NCBI GenBank assembly: GCA_963785725.1
Contig: CAWAWS010000025.1
Coordinates: 1-64,000 of the forward strand
Direction of reading: 5' to 3'
From: an uncultured delta proteobacterium
GTDB taxonomy: Bacteria > Myxococcota_A > Polyangia > Palsa-1104
DNA length: 64,000 nucleotides
Below, in pieces: positions 20,226-35,000 of this stretch. The position numbers were made by a program, and so were the translations under genes. Below the pieces are notes generated by a model. The model saw only the letters and a program-made list of their open reading frames with translations, searched no databases and was not told the DNA's origin. The first letter of the stretch is position 1. The number at the start of each line of letters is the position of its first letter.

Positions 20226-21379
20226 AGCGTCGTCACGTCGGTTTCGAGGCCGAGCAGCACGCGTCCGACCGTGATCATGATCTGCGGCGACACCATCGCG
20301 TGCTGCGTCGCCACGTGCACGTCGCGAAAGTGGCGCTGCAGCGGCTGCGTCGCGTAGACCACCGCGCCACCGCCGGCGTTGTACATCGCGTCGACCGCCG
20401 CCGCCGCTTCGCTGGCCGCATGACACGCCGCCAGCCGCAGCTGCGCCCGCGCCTGCAGGTCGCTCGCCGGCCGCTGCGCCGCTTCCGCCACCGCCGCGAA
20501 CAGAAACGCGCGCCCCGCCCGCACGCGCGCATCGGCACGCGCCACGTCCAGCTGCACCAGCTCCCGCTGCGCGATGGTGCGCCGACTCCCGGGGATCGTC
20601 TTCTTCGCCGCCAGCGCCGCCAAGCTGTCGATGGCCGCGCGCGCGATGCCGAGCGCCACCGCCGCCACGCCGCTCGCCAGCACGCCGAAGAAGGGCATGC
20701 GATAGAGCGGCGCGTCGCCACGCGGCTGGTCGGCCAAGAACGAGAAGCAGCGCTCGGCCGGCACCGTCACGTCGCGGACGGCGATGTCGTGGCTGCCCGA
20801 GCCGCGCAGCCCGCTGACGTCCCAGCTGTCGATGATCTCGGTCTCGGCGGCGGAAAAGAGGACGCAGCGCACGTGCGGAATGCTCGTCCCCGGCAACAGC
20901 TCCGGCTGCTCACCGTCGAAGACGAGGACGCCGCCCATGCGCCACTGCGAATGCTCGCAGCCGGAGGCGAACGGCCAGCGCCCACTGACGCGCAGGCCGC
21001 CGCCGGCCGCGCGCGTGGCGCGACCGAGCGGCGCGAACACGCCGCAGCTGATGGCGTCCGCCGGCCCGTAGACGTGGCGCGCGGTGTCGTCGTCGAGGAA
21101 GACGCTCATCAGGCCCGACGCGGCGCCGATCATCGCCGTCCAGCCGGCCGAGCCGTCGGCGCGCGCCAACAGCTCGAAGGTCGCGAGCAGCGTCGGCAGC
21201 TCGGCCTCGCCGCCGCCGAGCGCGCGCGGCACCGCCAGCTTGAAGACGCCCGCGTCGACCAGCGCGGCCACCGCCGCCGCCGGCAACCGTCGCCCGCGCT
21301 CGATCTCGTCCGCCAAAGGCGCGATGCGCTCGGCCGCCGCCCGCACCCGCGCCAACACCGTCTCGTCCATCCCGTTCAT
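20222..21379 (-). CDS. Flavin-dependent monooxygenase, acyl-CoA dehydrogenase fold (HsaA-like oxygenase component)
   Basis: GRWPFASGCEHS, WDVSGLRGSGSHD, GGGA.VY...LQRHFRDVHVATQH. Confidence 0.88.
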   Translation of the reverse strand: MNGMDETVLARVRAAAERIAPLADEIERGRRLPAAAVAALVDAGVFKLAVPRALGGGEAELPTLLATFELLARADGSAGWTAMIGAASGLMSVFLDDDTARHVYGPADAISCGVFAPLGRATRAAGGGLRVSGRWPFASGCEHSQWRMGGVLVFDGEQPELLPGTSIPHVRCVLFSAAETEIIDSWDVSGLRGSGSHDIAVRDVTVPAERCFSFLADQPRGDAPLYRMPFFGVLASGVAAVALGIARAAIDSLAALAAKKTIPGSRRTIAQRELVQLDVARADARVRAGRAFLFAAVAEAAQRPASDLQARAQLRLAACHAASEAAAAVDAMYNAGGGAVVYATQPLQRHFRDVHVATQHAMVSPQIMITVGRVLLGLETDVTTL

Positions 21380-21475
21380 CCGCCCCACTCTACGTCGATC
21401 CGCAGCCGCCATTCGAGGTTCTCGATCGGGACGACTGGGTCGCGAACGTCGGTTGAATCCATCGTCGACGGTCCG

Positions 21476-22651
<1,176 letters not shown>

Positions 22652-22696
22652 TGTACTTCTCTCGACTGAGTAACATACCCGCGCTATCCTCGCCGA

Positions 22697-24931
22697 ATGT
22701 CGCTCCGCCGCCTGGCGTTGCCCCTGATTCCGCTGCTGGCCGCCTGCGGCCATGCTCCGCTGCACACGGCTACGCCACCGACGGTGGTCGCGACGAGCGG
22801 CCCGCAAAAGCCGATCGCGAGCGAGGAGGAGTACAACGCCGCGCGACCCGAGTTCGACGCCCTGCCGCTCGGCGCTCCCGATCGCGCTCAGCGACGGCAA
22901 GCGCTGGAGGCGTGGCTGCTCGGCGAGGTGCGCGACGGCCTCGACCGCAACCACCCCGAGGACGCCTACGAGCAGTTTCGCCAAGCGGCGACGCTGTGGG
23001 ATCCGGCGGAGCTGGCCAACAAACCGAGCGATCCGGCGCTGCGCAAGGCCGCCGATCGCATCGAGGTCGCCTTCCGCAAGCGCGGCGCGCACGAAGAGGT
23101 CGTCATGGCGCTGGCCGTCGACCTCGCGCTCGACGGCGGCCACGATGACGGCGCGCGCCATCGCTACGACCAGGTGGTCAGCTGGCTGCGCGCCGGCGGC
23201 GCCACCGAATCGGAGCTGGGCGGCGCCATCGACGGCCGTGGCCGGGTCATCGACGACTTGGAATCGGTGGCGCGCGTCTGGGCCTCGCCCTTCGTCGTCG
23301 ATCAGCTGACCGGCCTCTACTTCGAGCGCAACGAAGCCGGCGTCGCCGACCTGCTCGGCGCCGATCCGCACCATCCGCGCCGCGCCGCCGACCTGCGCGC
23401 CATTCTGCAAGGCGGCGGCTTGCCGTCGAGCGCCTACGATCTGACGCGGCTCTACCTGCGCGTCTCGCGTCCCGACGAAGCGCTGGCGCAGCTGCGCAAG
23501 CTGAAGACGCTGCGGCCGGGCGACGAGCAGGTGCGCAAGCTCGTCGAGAAGTACGCCGGCAAAGAGGCGACGCCGGGCGACGCCATCAACGTCGCCATGC
23601 TGATGGCGCAAGGTCACGACGACGCCGACGTCGCCGAGCGCGTCTGCGCCGACGCCGGCGTGCGCTTTCCGACGGCCGCCGAGCCGCGCTTGTGCGCCGG
23701 CCAGATCGCCATGGTGCGCGATCGCAGCGTCGTCGCCATGATGGAGTTCGAGGCCGCGCGACAGCTGCAGCCGAACAATCGCGAGATCTGGCAACACCTG
23801 GCGCAGCTGTGGGAACGGCGCCTCTTGCAGCTGTCGTCAGACGAGAACTTGGACGTGGCGCAGCTCGAGCCGCAGTTGAAGCGCGTCGAGGCGTTCCATC
23901 AAGCGGCGGCCAAGCAGTTCCCGGGCGAGCCGCTGCATCCGACGCTGGCGGGCGCGCTCTTCGAGGTCGGCCGCGGCTATTACAACGTCGGCCGCGTGCA
24001 GAAGGCGATGGAATACTTCGATCGCTCGCTGGCCATCGAGCCGCAAGCGACGACGCTGCAGCTGATGGGTCAGATCCGCATGAAGCAGAACGCGGCCAAG
24101 GACGCCGTGACGCTGTTCGAGCGCGGCATCGCCACGCCGAAGGCCGATCGTCCCGAGGAGATCTACTGGCGCTCGCGTTTGCGCCGCGATCTCGGCGAAG
24201 CCTACGACCTGCTCGGCGACGAGAAGGCCGCCAACGAGGCGCGCAAAGCGGCGCTCGCCGATTGGGATCAGCTGGCCGGCCTCGGTCTCACCAACGAAGG
24301 CAAAGCCGAAGCCGGCGTCGAGCGCGCCAAGCTGTTCTACGAGATGGGCGATCGCGATCAGTCGCTGGCGTCGTTCGAAGGCGCCATCGACGCCGCGCCC
24401 GATCGCGGCGGCACCTACGCCGACGTCATCGCCTTCTTGGTGCCGCGCGGTGAGCTCGACGAGTCGCTCGACGCCTACCACCGCGCGCTCGGCCGCAACG
24501 AGGTCTCGGAGTACCTCAAGGTCTACTGCTCGTTGTGGATCATCGATCTCGCGCGCCGCGCCGGTCAGCCGATCGATCCCTTGGCCTCGGCCTATCTGAC
24601 GTCGATGGACGGCGGCAAGTGGTACGACGATCTGGCGCGCTGGGCGACGGGCCGCGAGACCGACGCGCAGCTGATCGCGCGCGTCAACACGCCGGCCAAG
24701 CGCGCCGAGTCGGCGTTCTATCGCGCCATGCGCGCCGTCGGCGCCGGCCAGCTCGACGAGGCCAAGAAGCTGTGGAAGGAGGTCGTCGACACCGACATGA
24801 TGCCCTTCTACGAATACGACATGTCCGAGATGTTCCTGCGCGCCGGCACGGCGCCGTCGAAGCCGATCCTGAAGTCGAAAGGCACGTACAAAGCCCCGCC
24901 CGCGCCCCGTCCGCCCGAGGGCAGCATCTAA
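22697..24931 (+). CDS. TPR-repeat lipoprotein
   Basis: Lipobox LLAA-C; multiple TPR-like helices ([48 protein letters not shown]); NlpI-like C-terminal ...FYEY. Confidence 0.8.
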   Translation: MSLRRLALPLIPLLAACGHAPLHTATPPTVVATSGPQKPIASEEEYNAARPEFDALPLGAPDRAQRRQALEAWLLGEVRDGLDRNHPEDAYEQFRQAATLWDPAELANKPSDPALRKAADRIEVAFRKRGAHEEVVMALAVDLALDGGHDDGARHRYDQVVSWLRAGGATESELGGAIDGRGRVIDDLESVARVWASPFVVDQLTGLYFERNEAGVADLLGADPHHPRRAADLRAILQGGGLPSSAYDLTRLYLRVSRPDEALAQLRKLKTLRPGDEQVRKLVEKYAGKEATPGDAINVAMLMAQGHDDADVAERVCADAGVRFPTAAEPRLCAGQIAMVRDRSVVAMMEFEAARQLQPNNREIWQHLAQLWERRLLQLSSDENLDVAQLEPQLKRVEAFHQAAAKQFPGEPLHPTLAGALFEVGRGYYNVGRVQKAMEYFDRSLAIEPQATTLQLMGQIRMKQNAAKDAVTLFERGIATPKADRPEEIYWRSRLRRDLGEAYDLLGDEKAANEARKAALADWDQLAGLGLTNEGKAEAGVERAKLFYEMGDRDQSLASFEGAIDAAPDRGGTYADVIAFLVPRGELDESLDAYHRALGRNEVSEYLKVYCSLWIIDLARRAGQPIDPLASAYLTSMDGGKWYDDLARWATGRETDAQLIARVNTPAKRAESAFYRAMRAVGAGQLDEAKKLWKEVVDTDMMPFYEYDMSEMFLRAGTAPSKPILKSKGTYKAPPAPRPPEGSI

Positions 24932-24975
24932 TCTGCCCAGCTGATTGGTTTAGATAGCTTCAGCGCCATCTACGC

Positions 24976-26013
24976 GTGGGCGCGCGTGGTACGATACGCC
25001 GGCCCGTGCGCGCCTTCGCCCTCCTCACGCTCGTGACCCTCACTTCGCCCGCCGCGGCCCAGACCGTGCTGCGCATGGCGACGCCCATCCCCGACGGCAC
25101 CGTGTGGGCGCGCGAAATCCACAGCCTGGCGCGCGACATCGAAGAGCGCACGCGCGGCCAAGTGCGCCTCAAGGTCTACTTCAGCGGCATCGCCGGCGAC
25201 GAGGTCGAAGTCGGCGAGCGCATCGCGCGCGACCAGCTCGACGGCGCCTTCTCGGGCGGCATGTTGTGCATGCGGCTGGCGCCCTCGATGCGCGTCATGC
25301 GCGTGCTCGGCCTGTTCCAAGGACGCGAAGAGCTCGGCTACGTCCTCGGTCGTCTGAAGCAGGTCATCGACGACGAGTTTCGCAAGTCGGGCTTCGTCAA
25401 CCTGGGGCTCGTCGGCGTCGGTCCCGAGCTGGTGTTCTCGCGCGCGCCCATCGAGACGCTGCCGCAGCTCAAGGCGGCCAAGCTGTGGATCTGGAGCTCC
25501 GACAACACGCTCGGGCCCGAATTGAGCCGCCTCGGCTTCGCCATGATCCCGGCGTCGCTGCCGGCGGCGACGCGGCTGTACGACGAAGGCCACGTCGACG
25601 GCTTCGTCGCCGCGCCCGCCGCCGCGCTGGCGTTCCAGTGGTCGGCGCAGGCGCATTACCTCTTGCCGCTGCGCTTGGCGTCGCTCGATGCCTGCGCGAT
25701 CATCAGCAATCGCGCCTTCGATCCGCTGCCGCTCGAGTTTCAGCAGGTGATTCGGCAGGCGTCGGCGCGCGCCATCGCGCACCTCGACGACGCCGTGCGC
25801 GCGCAGGACGAGGAGCTCTTGAACGGCCTCTTCGCGCGCCAAGGCGTGCACACGACGGCGGTGCCGCCGGTCTTGCGCGCGCAATTCTTCGACGAGGCGC
25901 GGGCGGCGCGCGACAAGATGGGCGCGGCGACGATTCCGGCGCCGCTGCTCGATCGCGTCCTGTCGCTCTTGGCCGATTATCGCGCCGAGCATCGCGCGCC
26001 GGGGGCCGACTGA
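24976..26013 (+). CDS. dctP: TRAP substrate-binding protein DctP (TatP-like)
   Basis: LRMATPIPDGTVW, RTRGQVRLKVYFSGIAGDE, DQLDGA and AFQW motifs; signal peptide ending AAAQ. Confidence 0.88.
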   Translation: MGARGTIRRPVRAFALLTLVTLTSPAAAQTVLRMATPIPDGTVWAREIHSLARDIEERTRGQVRLKVYFSGIAGDEVEVGERIARDQLDGAFSGGMLCMRLAPSMRVMRVLGLFQGREELGYVLGRLKQVIDDEFRKSGFVNLGLVGVGPELVFSRAPIETLPQLKAAKLWIWSSDNTLGPELSRLGFAMIPASLPAATRLYDEGHVDGFVAAPAAALAFQWSAQAHYLLPLRLASLDACAIISNRAFDPLPLEFQQVIRQASARAIAHLDDAVRAQDEELLNGLFARQGVHTTAVPPVLRAQFFDEARAARDKMGAATIPAPLLDRVLSLLADYRAEHRAPGAD

Positions 26014-29000
26014 TGGCCGACGCGCCGCTGCTCGACTTCGCGCTGCGCTTCGTCGACGGCCGCGGCGTGCTCGGCCTGCCCGCGCGCACGCTGTTCGAGC
26101 TGGTCGGCGTCGAGCGGCTCGAGCTGACGGTGCCCAACTTGCGCTTCCCGTTCGACGTCTCGGACGGGACGACGCGCTTGCAGAGCCGGCGCTGCGACTT
26201 CGTGGGCGCCGAGCTGCGCATCGACAACGCGCGGCTGCAGACCTGGCTCGACGGCCATACGCGCCTTGCGCGCCTCGGGTTGAGCCAGCTCGCGGCGCGC
26301 ATCGTCGACGGGCGCATCGAGCTGTCGGCGCGCGCCCAAGTCGGCGATCGCGCGGCGACGGTGACGGCGCGCGTGACGCTGGCGCCGGCCGATCGCCAGC
26401 GGCTCGTGCTCGCCATCGACGACGTGCGCGTCTACGGCCTGTTGCCGGCGCCGGCGCCGCTCATCGGGCTCGGCATCGCGCTCGGCCTCGGCGCCGAAGC
26501 CGAGAACGGCACGGCTCATCCGCTGACCGTGCGCGGCGTGGGCGAGCTCATGCTCAACCCGCTCGAGCAGCTGTTGTGGCGCGCGCTGCCGCCGGCCGGC
26601 TGGCGACTGCCGCGCTACGAGGACGCCACGCTCGCCGAAGCCCGCCTCGTCGACGGCGCCATCGTGCTGCGCTACGTGACCGAGACGACGCCGGAGGCGG
26701 CGCCGGTTGCCGTCGACGAAGCGCGCGCGGCCACGCGCATCGGCGACGCCCGGCTGGCCGAAGGCGACCTGCAAGCGGCGCTCGATGCCTACACGGCCGC
26801 GGCGCCCGCGTCCTTGGCGGCGTCCGAGCGACAGCTGGCGCTGTTGACGGCGCTGCCGGCGCGCTGGGGCGAGGCCGAGCTCCTGGGCGCGCGGCTGCAC
26901 GCGGAGTTTCCCACGCGCCCGCAGCCGCTCTTGGCGTTGGCGGCGATCGAAGCCGAGCGCGGCCTCGTGGCGACGGCGGCCGCGCGCTATGCCCGCCTGG
27001 CCGAGCTGGCCGAAGCCGCCGGCGAGCGCGACGACGCCCGCGCCGCCGCCCTGCGCGCCGGTCAGCTGCTGGCGGCGCGCTCGCCGCGCGAAGCGATCCC
27101 TTATCTCGAACGCACGCTCGCCGGCGCCCGCGACGACGTCGACGCCGCGCTCTTGCTCGCCGACGCTTACGCGGCCGATGGTCGCTGGCAGGACCTCTTG
27201 CGCCTCGAGCGTTGGCGGCTGGCGCAGACGACCGATCCGACCGTCGAGGCCGCGGCGCGGGCGCGCATCGCGCGCGTCTGGCTCGACGAGCTGGCCGACC
27301 CGGTGCGCGCGCGCGACGAGCTCGAACGCGCCTTGCGCAGCCTGCCCGACGACGGCGCCTTGTGGACGCTGATGGCGCGCGCGCTGGAAGCGACGGGCGA
27401 TCCCAAGCGCGCGCTCGACGCCACCGCCCGCGCGGCGACGCTGCACACGGGCGAAGCGCGCCTCGACCTCGAGCTGCGCGCGGCCGCGCTCGCCGAAGCC
27501 GTCGCGCTGCCGGAAGTCGCGCTCGACCACGCGCGCGCGGCGCTCGCCGTCGCGCCCGCCAGCGCCGCCGCCTTGGCGAGCGTGGCGGCGCTGCTGGCGC
27601 GCCTCGGCCGGCTCGACGAAGCGGTCAACGCCTACCAAGACGCCATCGAGCACGCCGAAGAGGCGCATGACGATGCCGCCCGCGCGCAGCTGTTGGTCGC
27701 GCTGGCGCAGCTGGCCCGTCACGCGCTGCAAGATCGGCACGGCGCGCGCGCCTACGTCGAGCGGTCGCTCCAGATCGCGCCCACGCCGCCGGCGCTGCAT
27801 CTGGCCGCGGAGTTGGCCGCCGAAGAGGGCCGGCTCGACGACCTGGTCGAGCTGCTCGGTCAGCTGGCCGACGGCGGAAACGTCGATGCGCGCCTCAAGC
27901 AAGCGGAGACGCTGTTGGCGCTCGGTCGGCTGCCCGAAGCGGCGGCGGCCGCCGAGCGCGGCGTCGAGACGCGACCCGCCGCATGGGCGGTGTTGGCGCG
28001 CATCTACGAGGCGATGGGCGAGACCGCCAAGCAGCGGCACGCGCTCGAGCAGTCGACGGCGACCACGGGCGAGCACAGCCTGGCCGCGCGCCGCAAGCTG
28101 GCCGAGCTGCGCGCCGCCGACGACGATCTGCCCGGCGCCCGCGCGCTGCTCGAGGCCACGCCCGACGACGGCGACAGCGACGGCGACGAAGCGCGGCTGA
28201 CGGTGGAGCTGCTCGTCGATGTGCTCTTGCGCCAAGGTGACGATGCGGCGCTCGACGTGGCGCTGGGCCGCTTGGCCGCGCTGCGCGCCGACGGGGCCGG
28301 TCGCGCCCGCGCGCTGTCGGCGCAAGGCACGGCCCGCGCACGCCTCGGCCGTCCCGACGACGCGCTGGCCTCGTATCGCGCGGCGCTGGCGCTGGCGCCC
28401 GAAGGCGACGACGTCGAAGTGCGCGCCGGCCTCGGCGAAGCCGCGCACGCGCTCAAACGTTGGGACGAAGCGCGCACCGCGCTCGAGCCGCTGTTCACCC
28501 GCGGGTTGCCGCCGCAGATCGAGCGCGCGCTGCGCCTCGGTGAGATCGCCGAGCGCCAAGGCCAGGCCGACGACGCGCTCGGCTTCTACGAGGCGGCGCT
28601 GGCGGCCGGCGCGCACGCCGCCGACGCCTTGCGCGCCTACCATGCGCTGGCGGGCCTGCAGCGCAGCCGCGGCGACTTCGTGGCCGAAGCGCGGCTGCAA
28701 GTGCGCGCCGCCGAGGACGAGCGGACGAACGAGGCCGAGGCCGTGCGCGCCAGCCGCCTCGTCGCCGCCGCCGAGCTCTTGCGCAAGCGCGCCAATCGCC
28801 GGCAAGAGGCGATCGAGCTGTACGAACGGGCCTTGGCGCTCGATCCGCTGCAGATGGCCGCCCTCGACGCGCTCGAAGCCGTCGCCGCCGAGGACAAAGA
28901 CGCCGAGCGCATCGCGCAGGTGCTCGGCCGCAAAGTGGCGGCGACGGCGCGGCGACCGGCCGAGCAGCGCGCGATCTTGGGCCGCTTGGCGCTCTTGCAA

Positions 29001-32000
29001 GACGAGCTCGGCCGGCCCGACGCGGCGCGCGCCGCCTGGACGCGCGTGCTCGAGCTCGATCCCGCCTATCGCCCGGCGTTGACCTGGCTCGCCGTCGATG
29101 CGCGCACGCGCGGTGTCGTCGACGAAGAGGCGATCGCGCTGGAAAAGCTGACGTCGCTGCCCACCGACGCCGCCGATCCCGACGCGCTGGCGACGGCGCT
29201 GGCGCGGCTTTCGCAGCTGTGGCTCCAGCGCGGTCGCGCAGCCGACGCCGAAGCGGCCGCCCGGCGCGCGCTGGCGCTGCATGCGCGCGAGCCGCGCGCG
29301 CTCGCCGTGCTCGACGCCGTGCTCGCGGCCACACTCGACGATGGCCCCGCCGCCAAGGGCAGCCACGCGGAGCTGGCGGCGCTCTTGGCCGTGCGCGCCG
29401 AGGTCGAGACCGACTTCGACACCATCGTCGAGCTGCTCTTCCGGCGCGCGGCGCTCCTGGAGACGACGGGGCAAGCGGCGGCGGCGATGCAGGCCTACGA
29501 GCAGCTGATCTCGCTGCGGCCGTCGTCGGCGGCGGCGTGGCAGCGGCTGGCGGCGCTCTTGCGCACGGCCGGCGACTGGGCGCCGCTGGCGCAGCTCTTG
29601 ACACGGCTGGCCGAGCGCCATCAGCTCGACGGTCGCCGTCAAGAGGCCGAGGCGCTCTACGTCGAAGTGGCCCACTTGGCGCACGATTGGCTGGGCGACA
29701 GCGAGCGCGCCCGCGCCGTCCTGCACAAAGCGCTCGAGTCGGAGCCGCGCTCGAAGCTGGCGTTGACGTCGCTGTTGGCGTTGGCGCGCGGTCGCAACGA
29801 CGTCACCGAAGAGGACGTGCTGCTCGGTCGCCTGGCCGAGCTGGCCGACGACGAGCTCGGGCGCGCGCAAGCGGTCAGCGAGCGGGCGCGAGCGCGGCAC
29901 GCGCGCGGCGATCTCGACGGCGCCTTGCAGCTCATCGGCGAGCTGCCCCCATCGGTGACGCCGGACGCGGCGCTGCGCTTGAAGCTGGAGATCGAAGAAG
30001 CGCGCAGCCAGCCGCTCGATCTGCCGGCGCTGGAGACGCTGCGGCAGCGCGCGCAGGCGGCGCACGACGGCGTCGGCGAGCGCTGGGCCTTGCGGCGGCT
30101 GGTGCGCGCGGCCTTCGCGCAGCGCTCGAGCGCGGCCGAGGAGCTGGCGCGGCGCGCGCTCGAGCTCGACGGCGACGATCGTGAGGCGGCCGAGGTGCTG
30201 GCCGAGCTGGAGAGCGCGCGCGGCCACGACGCCGGCCATTTGGTCGCGCTCGAGCGGCTCCTGCGCATCGCGCGGCGCACGTTCGAAGGGCCGGCGCGCG
30301 AGGCCGAGCTGCTGCGTTCGGTGGGCCAGATCCTGGCGCGCGCCGGCGATCTCGAAGGCGCCATCCTGCGGCTACGCGAAGCGCTCGAGCTCGCCCCCGA
30401 CGACGGCCCGGTGCTGAGCGACTACGGCGCCTTGCTGTTCGCGCGCGGCGGCGCGTTGGCGGCGGCGGCCGACGCGCTCGATCGCGCCGGCGAGCTGGGC
30501 GCGCTCGACGAATCGGGCTGGGCGCTGCTCGGCCACGCCTACGATTGCTTGGGCGACGACGAGCGCGCCTCGGCCGCGTTCAGCCGCGCCGGCGACGCCG
30601 CGCCGCCGCGCAAGCGCGCCGAGGTCGCCTTCCGCGCCGGCGATCTGCTGTCCGCGCGCGAAGCCGCCGTCGACGTGCTGGCCGAGACGCCGCGCGACGA
30701 AGAGGCGCTCGGCTGGGCCATCCACGATCAGACGCCGGCGGAGATCCTCGCGCTCATGACGCAGCTGGCGCCGCGCATCATGGACGAGGACGCGGCCTAC
30801 CTCTATCAGTCGCTGGCGCCGCGGCTCGGTGGCGACGAAGAGCGGCTGGCCTTGGAGCGCGCGGCGGCGCTGGCGCCGACGCCGGAGCTGCTCGTCGCGC
30901 TCGGCGATCGCGTGCGCGGCTCGACGGCGGCCGCCTATTACGAGCAGGCGCTGGCGCTCGACGCCGGCAACATTCCGGCCGCGCTCGGCCTGGCCGCGCA
31001 AGGCGAGCCCTACCAAGCGGCGCGCGCGCTGCAAACGGCCTGGGCGGAGGCGAAGTGGCCGCGACAAAAGGCGCAGCTGTCGGCGGCCCGCGGCGCGCTC
31101 CTGCGCGATCGGCTGTCCGACGTGGCCGGCGCCCGCGTCGACTTGGAGCGCGCGCTGCTCGAGTCCGAGAATCTGGCCGAGCTCATGCCGCTGCGCGCCG
31201 AGCTGCGTCGCTCGTTGGCGGCGTTGGCGCGCTCGACCGGCGACGTCAGCGCCGCCGAAGCCGCGCTCGTACAAATGGTCGACGAGAACGTCGCCCGCGA
31301 CAGCGATCTGCGCCACTTGGGCGAGCTGCTCGGCGAGCGCGGCGCCTGGGAAGACGTCGTCGAGCTGTTGTCGCCGCTGCCGGGCTCGTCGGAGGTGCTG
31401 GAGCGCGCGCTGGAGGCGACCGGTCGGTTCGCCGAGCTGGCCGCGCGACTGGTGGCGCAGGCCGCCAAGAAGCCGGCCGCCGACGCGCGCCTCTTGCTCA
31501 TGCGGGCGGCGCAGCTCTTGGCCGAGCGGCTCGGCAATCCGTCGCGCGCGGCGCAGCTGCTCGAACGCGCGCTGCCCCTCGGCCCGTCCGACGCCGAGGT
31601 CTGGTCGCGCCTCGGTCGCCTCTATCTCGGCCCGCTCGGTGACCCCGAGCGCGGCGCGCGTTGCCTGGCGCGCGCCTATGCCGCCGATCGGTCGCGCTCG
31701 GAGCTGCTCATGCCGCTCGCCGACTATCACTACGACGCCGAGGAGCTGACGCCGGCAGCCGACTATTATCGCGAGGCGCTCACCCGCGGCGTCGTCGCGA
31801 CGGCCGACATGGCGCGCGTGTTCTTGCGGCTCGGCCAAGAGGCCAGCAAGCGCCAAGATCACGCCGCCGAGGAGGCGGCGCTCGCGCAAGCGGCGACGCT
31901 CGGCGCCACCGAGGCGTGGCCGCTCCTCGGCGCGCTCTATCGCTCGCGCGGCGACGGCGGCAAGCTCGCCCACGCGCTCTTGCGGCAGGCCGACACGGCG

Positions 32001-35000
32001 ACGGGCCGCATGCGCGCGGCGCTCTTGCGCGAAGCGGCGCTGCACCTGCCCGCCGACGAGACGCCGCCCATCGACGAGCAGATCCTGCTGCTCGACCGCG
32101 ACGATGACGAGGCGCGCGATCGCATCCTGTCGCGCCTGCGCGCGGCCGGCGATACGACGGCGCTCGTCGAGCGGCTGGAGCGCGAGTTGCCTCATGCCGC
32201 GCCCGAGCATCAGGCGATTTGGGCGCGCGAGCTGGGCCGCCTAAGCGAGCGGCTCGGCGACGACACGCGCGCCGAGTCGGCGTGGACGACGGCGCTGGCG
32301 GCGCAGCCCGCGCTCGACGCCGCGCACGCGCTGGTCGCGCTCTATCGTCGTCAGCAGCGCCTGGCCACGGCCGCGCCCATCCTCGAAGCCGCGCTCGCCG
32401 ATCCGCGCCTGGCGCCCGAAGAGATGAACGAGCTGTCGCGCTTGTGCGGCGAGGCCTACATGGCGCCGGGCGCGAACACGGCGCGCGCGCTGGCGTTCGT
32501 CGAGAACGCCGAGGCCGTCGGCCTGCCGGTGCCGCTCGACGGCGCGCAGCTGCGCACCCTGCTCCGCGCCGAGCGCCGCTTTCTCGAGGTCGTGGCCGCG
32601 CTCGACGGCGCCGCCACCGCCGCCTTCGACACCGACGAGCGCCTGCGCCTCGAGCTGGAAGCGGCCGAGACGCTCGAGCGCGACCTCGGCCACTTCGGCG
32701 ACGCCGCCCGCCGTTATGCCGCGCTCTTCGATCGCCATCCGGCGCGCCGCGACCTGGCGACGCGCGCGCGGCTCGCCTATGCCGCCGCCAACGAGCCCAT
32801 CTACGCGCTGGCCATCGTCGATCGCGAGCTGAAGCTGGCCGATCCGCACTCGGCCGATGGCGCGCAGCTCAAGATCGCCAAGGGTGAGCTGCTCTTGCAG
32901 GCGGGCGCCGATGCCGAAGCCGAGGCCGAGTTCCTGCACGCGCTCATCACGACGCCGCGGGTCGGTCGCGCGCACGCGGCCTTGGCCGACGTCTACAAGA
33001 AGCGCGGCGACCTGGCGGGGGCGCTCGAGCATCTGATCGCCGCCGCCGACGCGCCCGACCTCGAGCCGATGCGCGCGGCCGCCTGCGCCGTCGATGCCGC
33101 CGACGTGCTGCTCGTCGAAGGCGACTCGGCGACGGCCGAGCGGCTCTATCAGCTCGCCGCCGCGCTCGATCCCGCGGACCGCCGCCCCGTCGACGCGCTG
33201 GCGCGCCTGGCGGGCGCGCGCGGCGAGCACGAAAAGCACGCCGATCTCCTCGGTCGCGCCGCGGCGCTGACCGCCGACCGCCGCGAGCGCGCGCGCCTGG
33301 CGTTACAGCGGGCGCGCCTCTTCCAGCACGATCTCGGCCGCGAGCTCGACGCTTATCGCGCCTATAAAGAGGCCGTCGCCTGCGATCCCAACTTGCGCGA
33401 GGCGGCGCGTTCGCTGCGCGAGATGGCCGAAGCGCGCGGCGAATGGGCGCTCGCCGCCGAGCAGCGCTATCGCGAGCTGGCGCTGACGACCGACAGCAAC
33501 GAGCGCGCGCGGCTGCACGTCGAGCTGGCGCGGCTGCTCGAGGACAAGCTGCTCGATCCGTCGGCGGCGCTGCGCAACTTCGAGCAGGCCGCGGAGTTGG
33601 CGCTGGAGCTGGAAGCCGACGGCGCGGTCAGGCCGCGGCGCAACACGCCCATCGAGCGGCCGCCGTTCGCCGATCTCGTGCGCATGTACGCCGAGGGGCA
33701 GCGCTGGCGCGACGGCGCGCTCGCCGCCGAACGCTGGGCGGCGTCACTGACGAGCCCGACGCAATTGCCGGCGCGCGCGGAGGCCTTGGCGCGGGCCGGC
33801 GAGCTGTACGAGCGCGCCGGCGACCACGAACGGGCCCGCGCCCGCCTCGCCGAAGCGGCCGCGCTCGGGGGCGACGCCGGCAAAAAAGCCGACGACAACC
33901 TCATGCGCCTCGCCGAAGACGACGGCGATCCCGAGGAGCTGCGGCGCCGGCTGGAAGAGCGGCTGGCCGTCGAGCCCGAAGGTCCGACGCGCGTCGAGAT
34001 CTTGCGCCGCGCGCTGGCGCTGGCCGTCGAGCGCGGCGACTCGGGCGCCGTCGATACGCGCAGCCGCGAGCTGCTCACGCGCGCGGCCGACGACGCCGAA
34101 GCCTTCGTCGCGCGCAAGCGCATGTTCGAGTCGCGCAACGACGCCGCCGGGCTGGCGCAGCTCCTACGCGCGCGCGCCGATGCCGTCGCCGACCCGGGCG
34201 AGCGCGCCGAGCTCTACTTCGAGGCCGGGCGCCTGGCCGAGAGCGAGCTCTACGACGTCACCTCGGCCGCTGAAGATTACGAAGCCGCCCTCGCCGCCGT
34301 GCCCGATCAGCTGGCCGCGCTCGACGCGCTCGCCGATCTGTCGTATCGCACGCGTCACATCGGTCGCGCTCGCGCGCTCTACGCGCTCATCGGTGAGCGC
34401 GCCTCTGCGCTCGGTCCCGACGAGGTCTGGCGCCGCCGCGCCGAGCTCGCCGAGGAGGCCGGCGACATCGACGAGGCGCGCGCGCTCTACACGCACGCCA
34501 TCGCCGCCAACGAGTCGAACCTGGCGGCGCATCAGGCGTTGGCGCGCCTGGCGCTCAGCCGCAACGACGACGCCGCGGCTTATCAAGCGCTGCACGCCGT
34601 CCTCGATCTGCTGCCGCTCGACGCGGTCGAACGCATCACCGAGCTGCGCCGTCACCTGGGCGAGCTGGCCTTGCGCTTGGACGATCGGCCGTCGGCGCGC
34701 CATTGGTACGAGCTGGTCCTGTCGCAGCTGCCGCTGGACGTGCCGGCGCTCGAGACCTTGACGCGCCTCTATATCGACGCGCAGTCGTGGCAAGAGGCGG
34801 CCGATGCGCTCGGTCGCTTGTCGCGCCTCGTCCACGAGCCGGCGGCGCGCGCCGAGCTGCTCTACCGTCGCGGCGAGATCCTGCGGCTCGGCCTCGGCAA
34901 CGACGACGCCGCCAATGACGCCTACTTGAAAGCGGCCGATCTCCACGCCGCGCACGCGCCCACGCTGCGTCGCCTCATCGCCTACTATTTCGCCGAAGGT

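Noticed and set aside
25104..26012. ORF-track N-terminal extension of the giant TPR protein (3,706 aa)
   Set aside because: It is Arg-rich out-of-frame text overlapping dctP; protein-like sequence begins at ATG 26013, coupled to the dctP stop.
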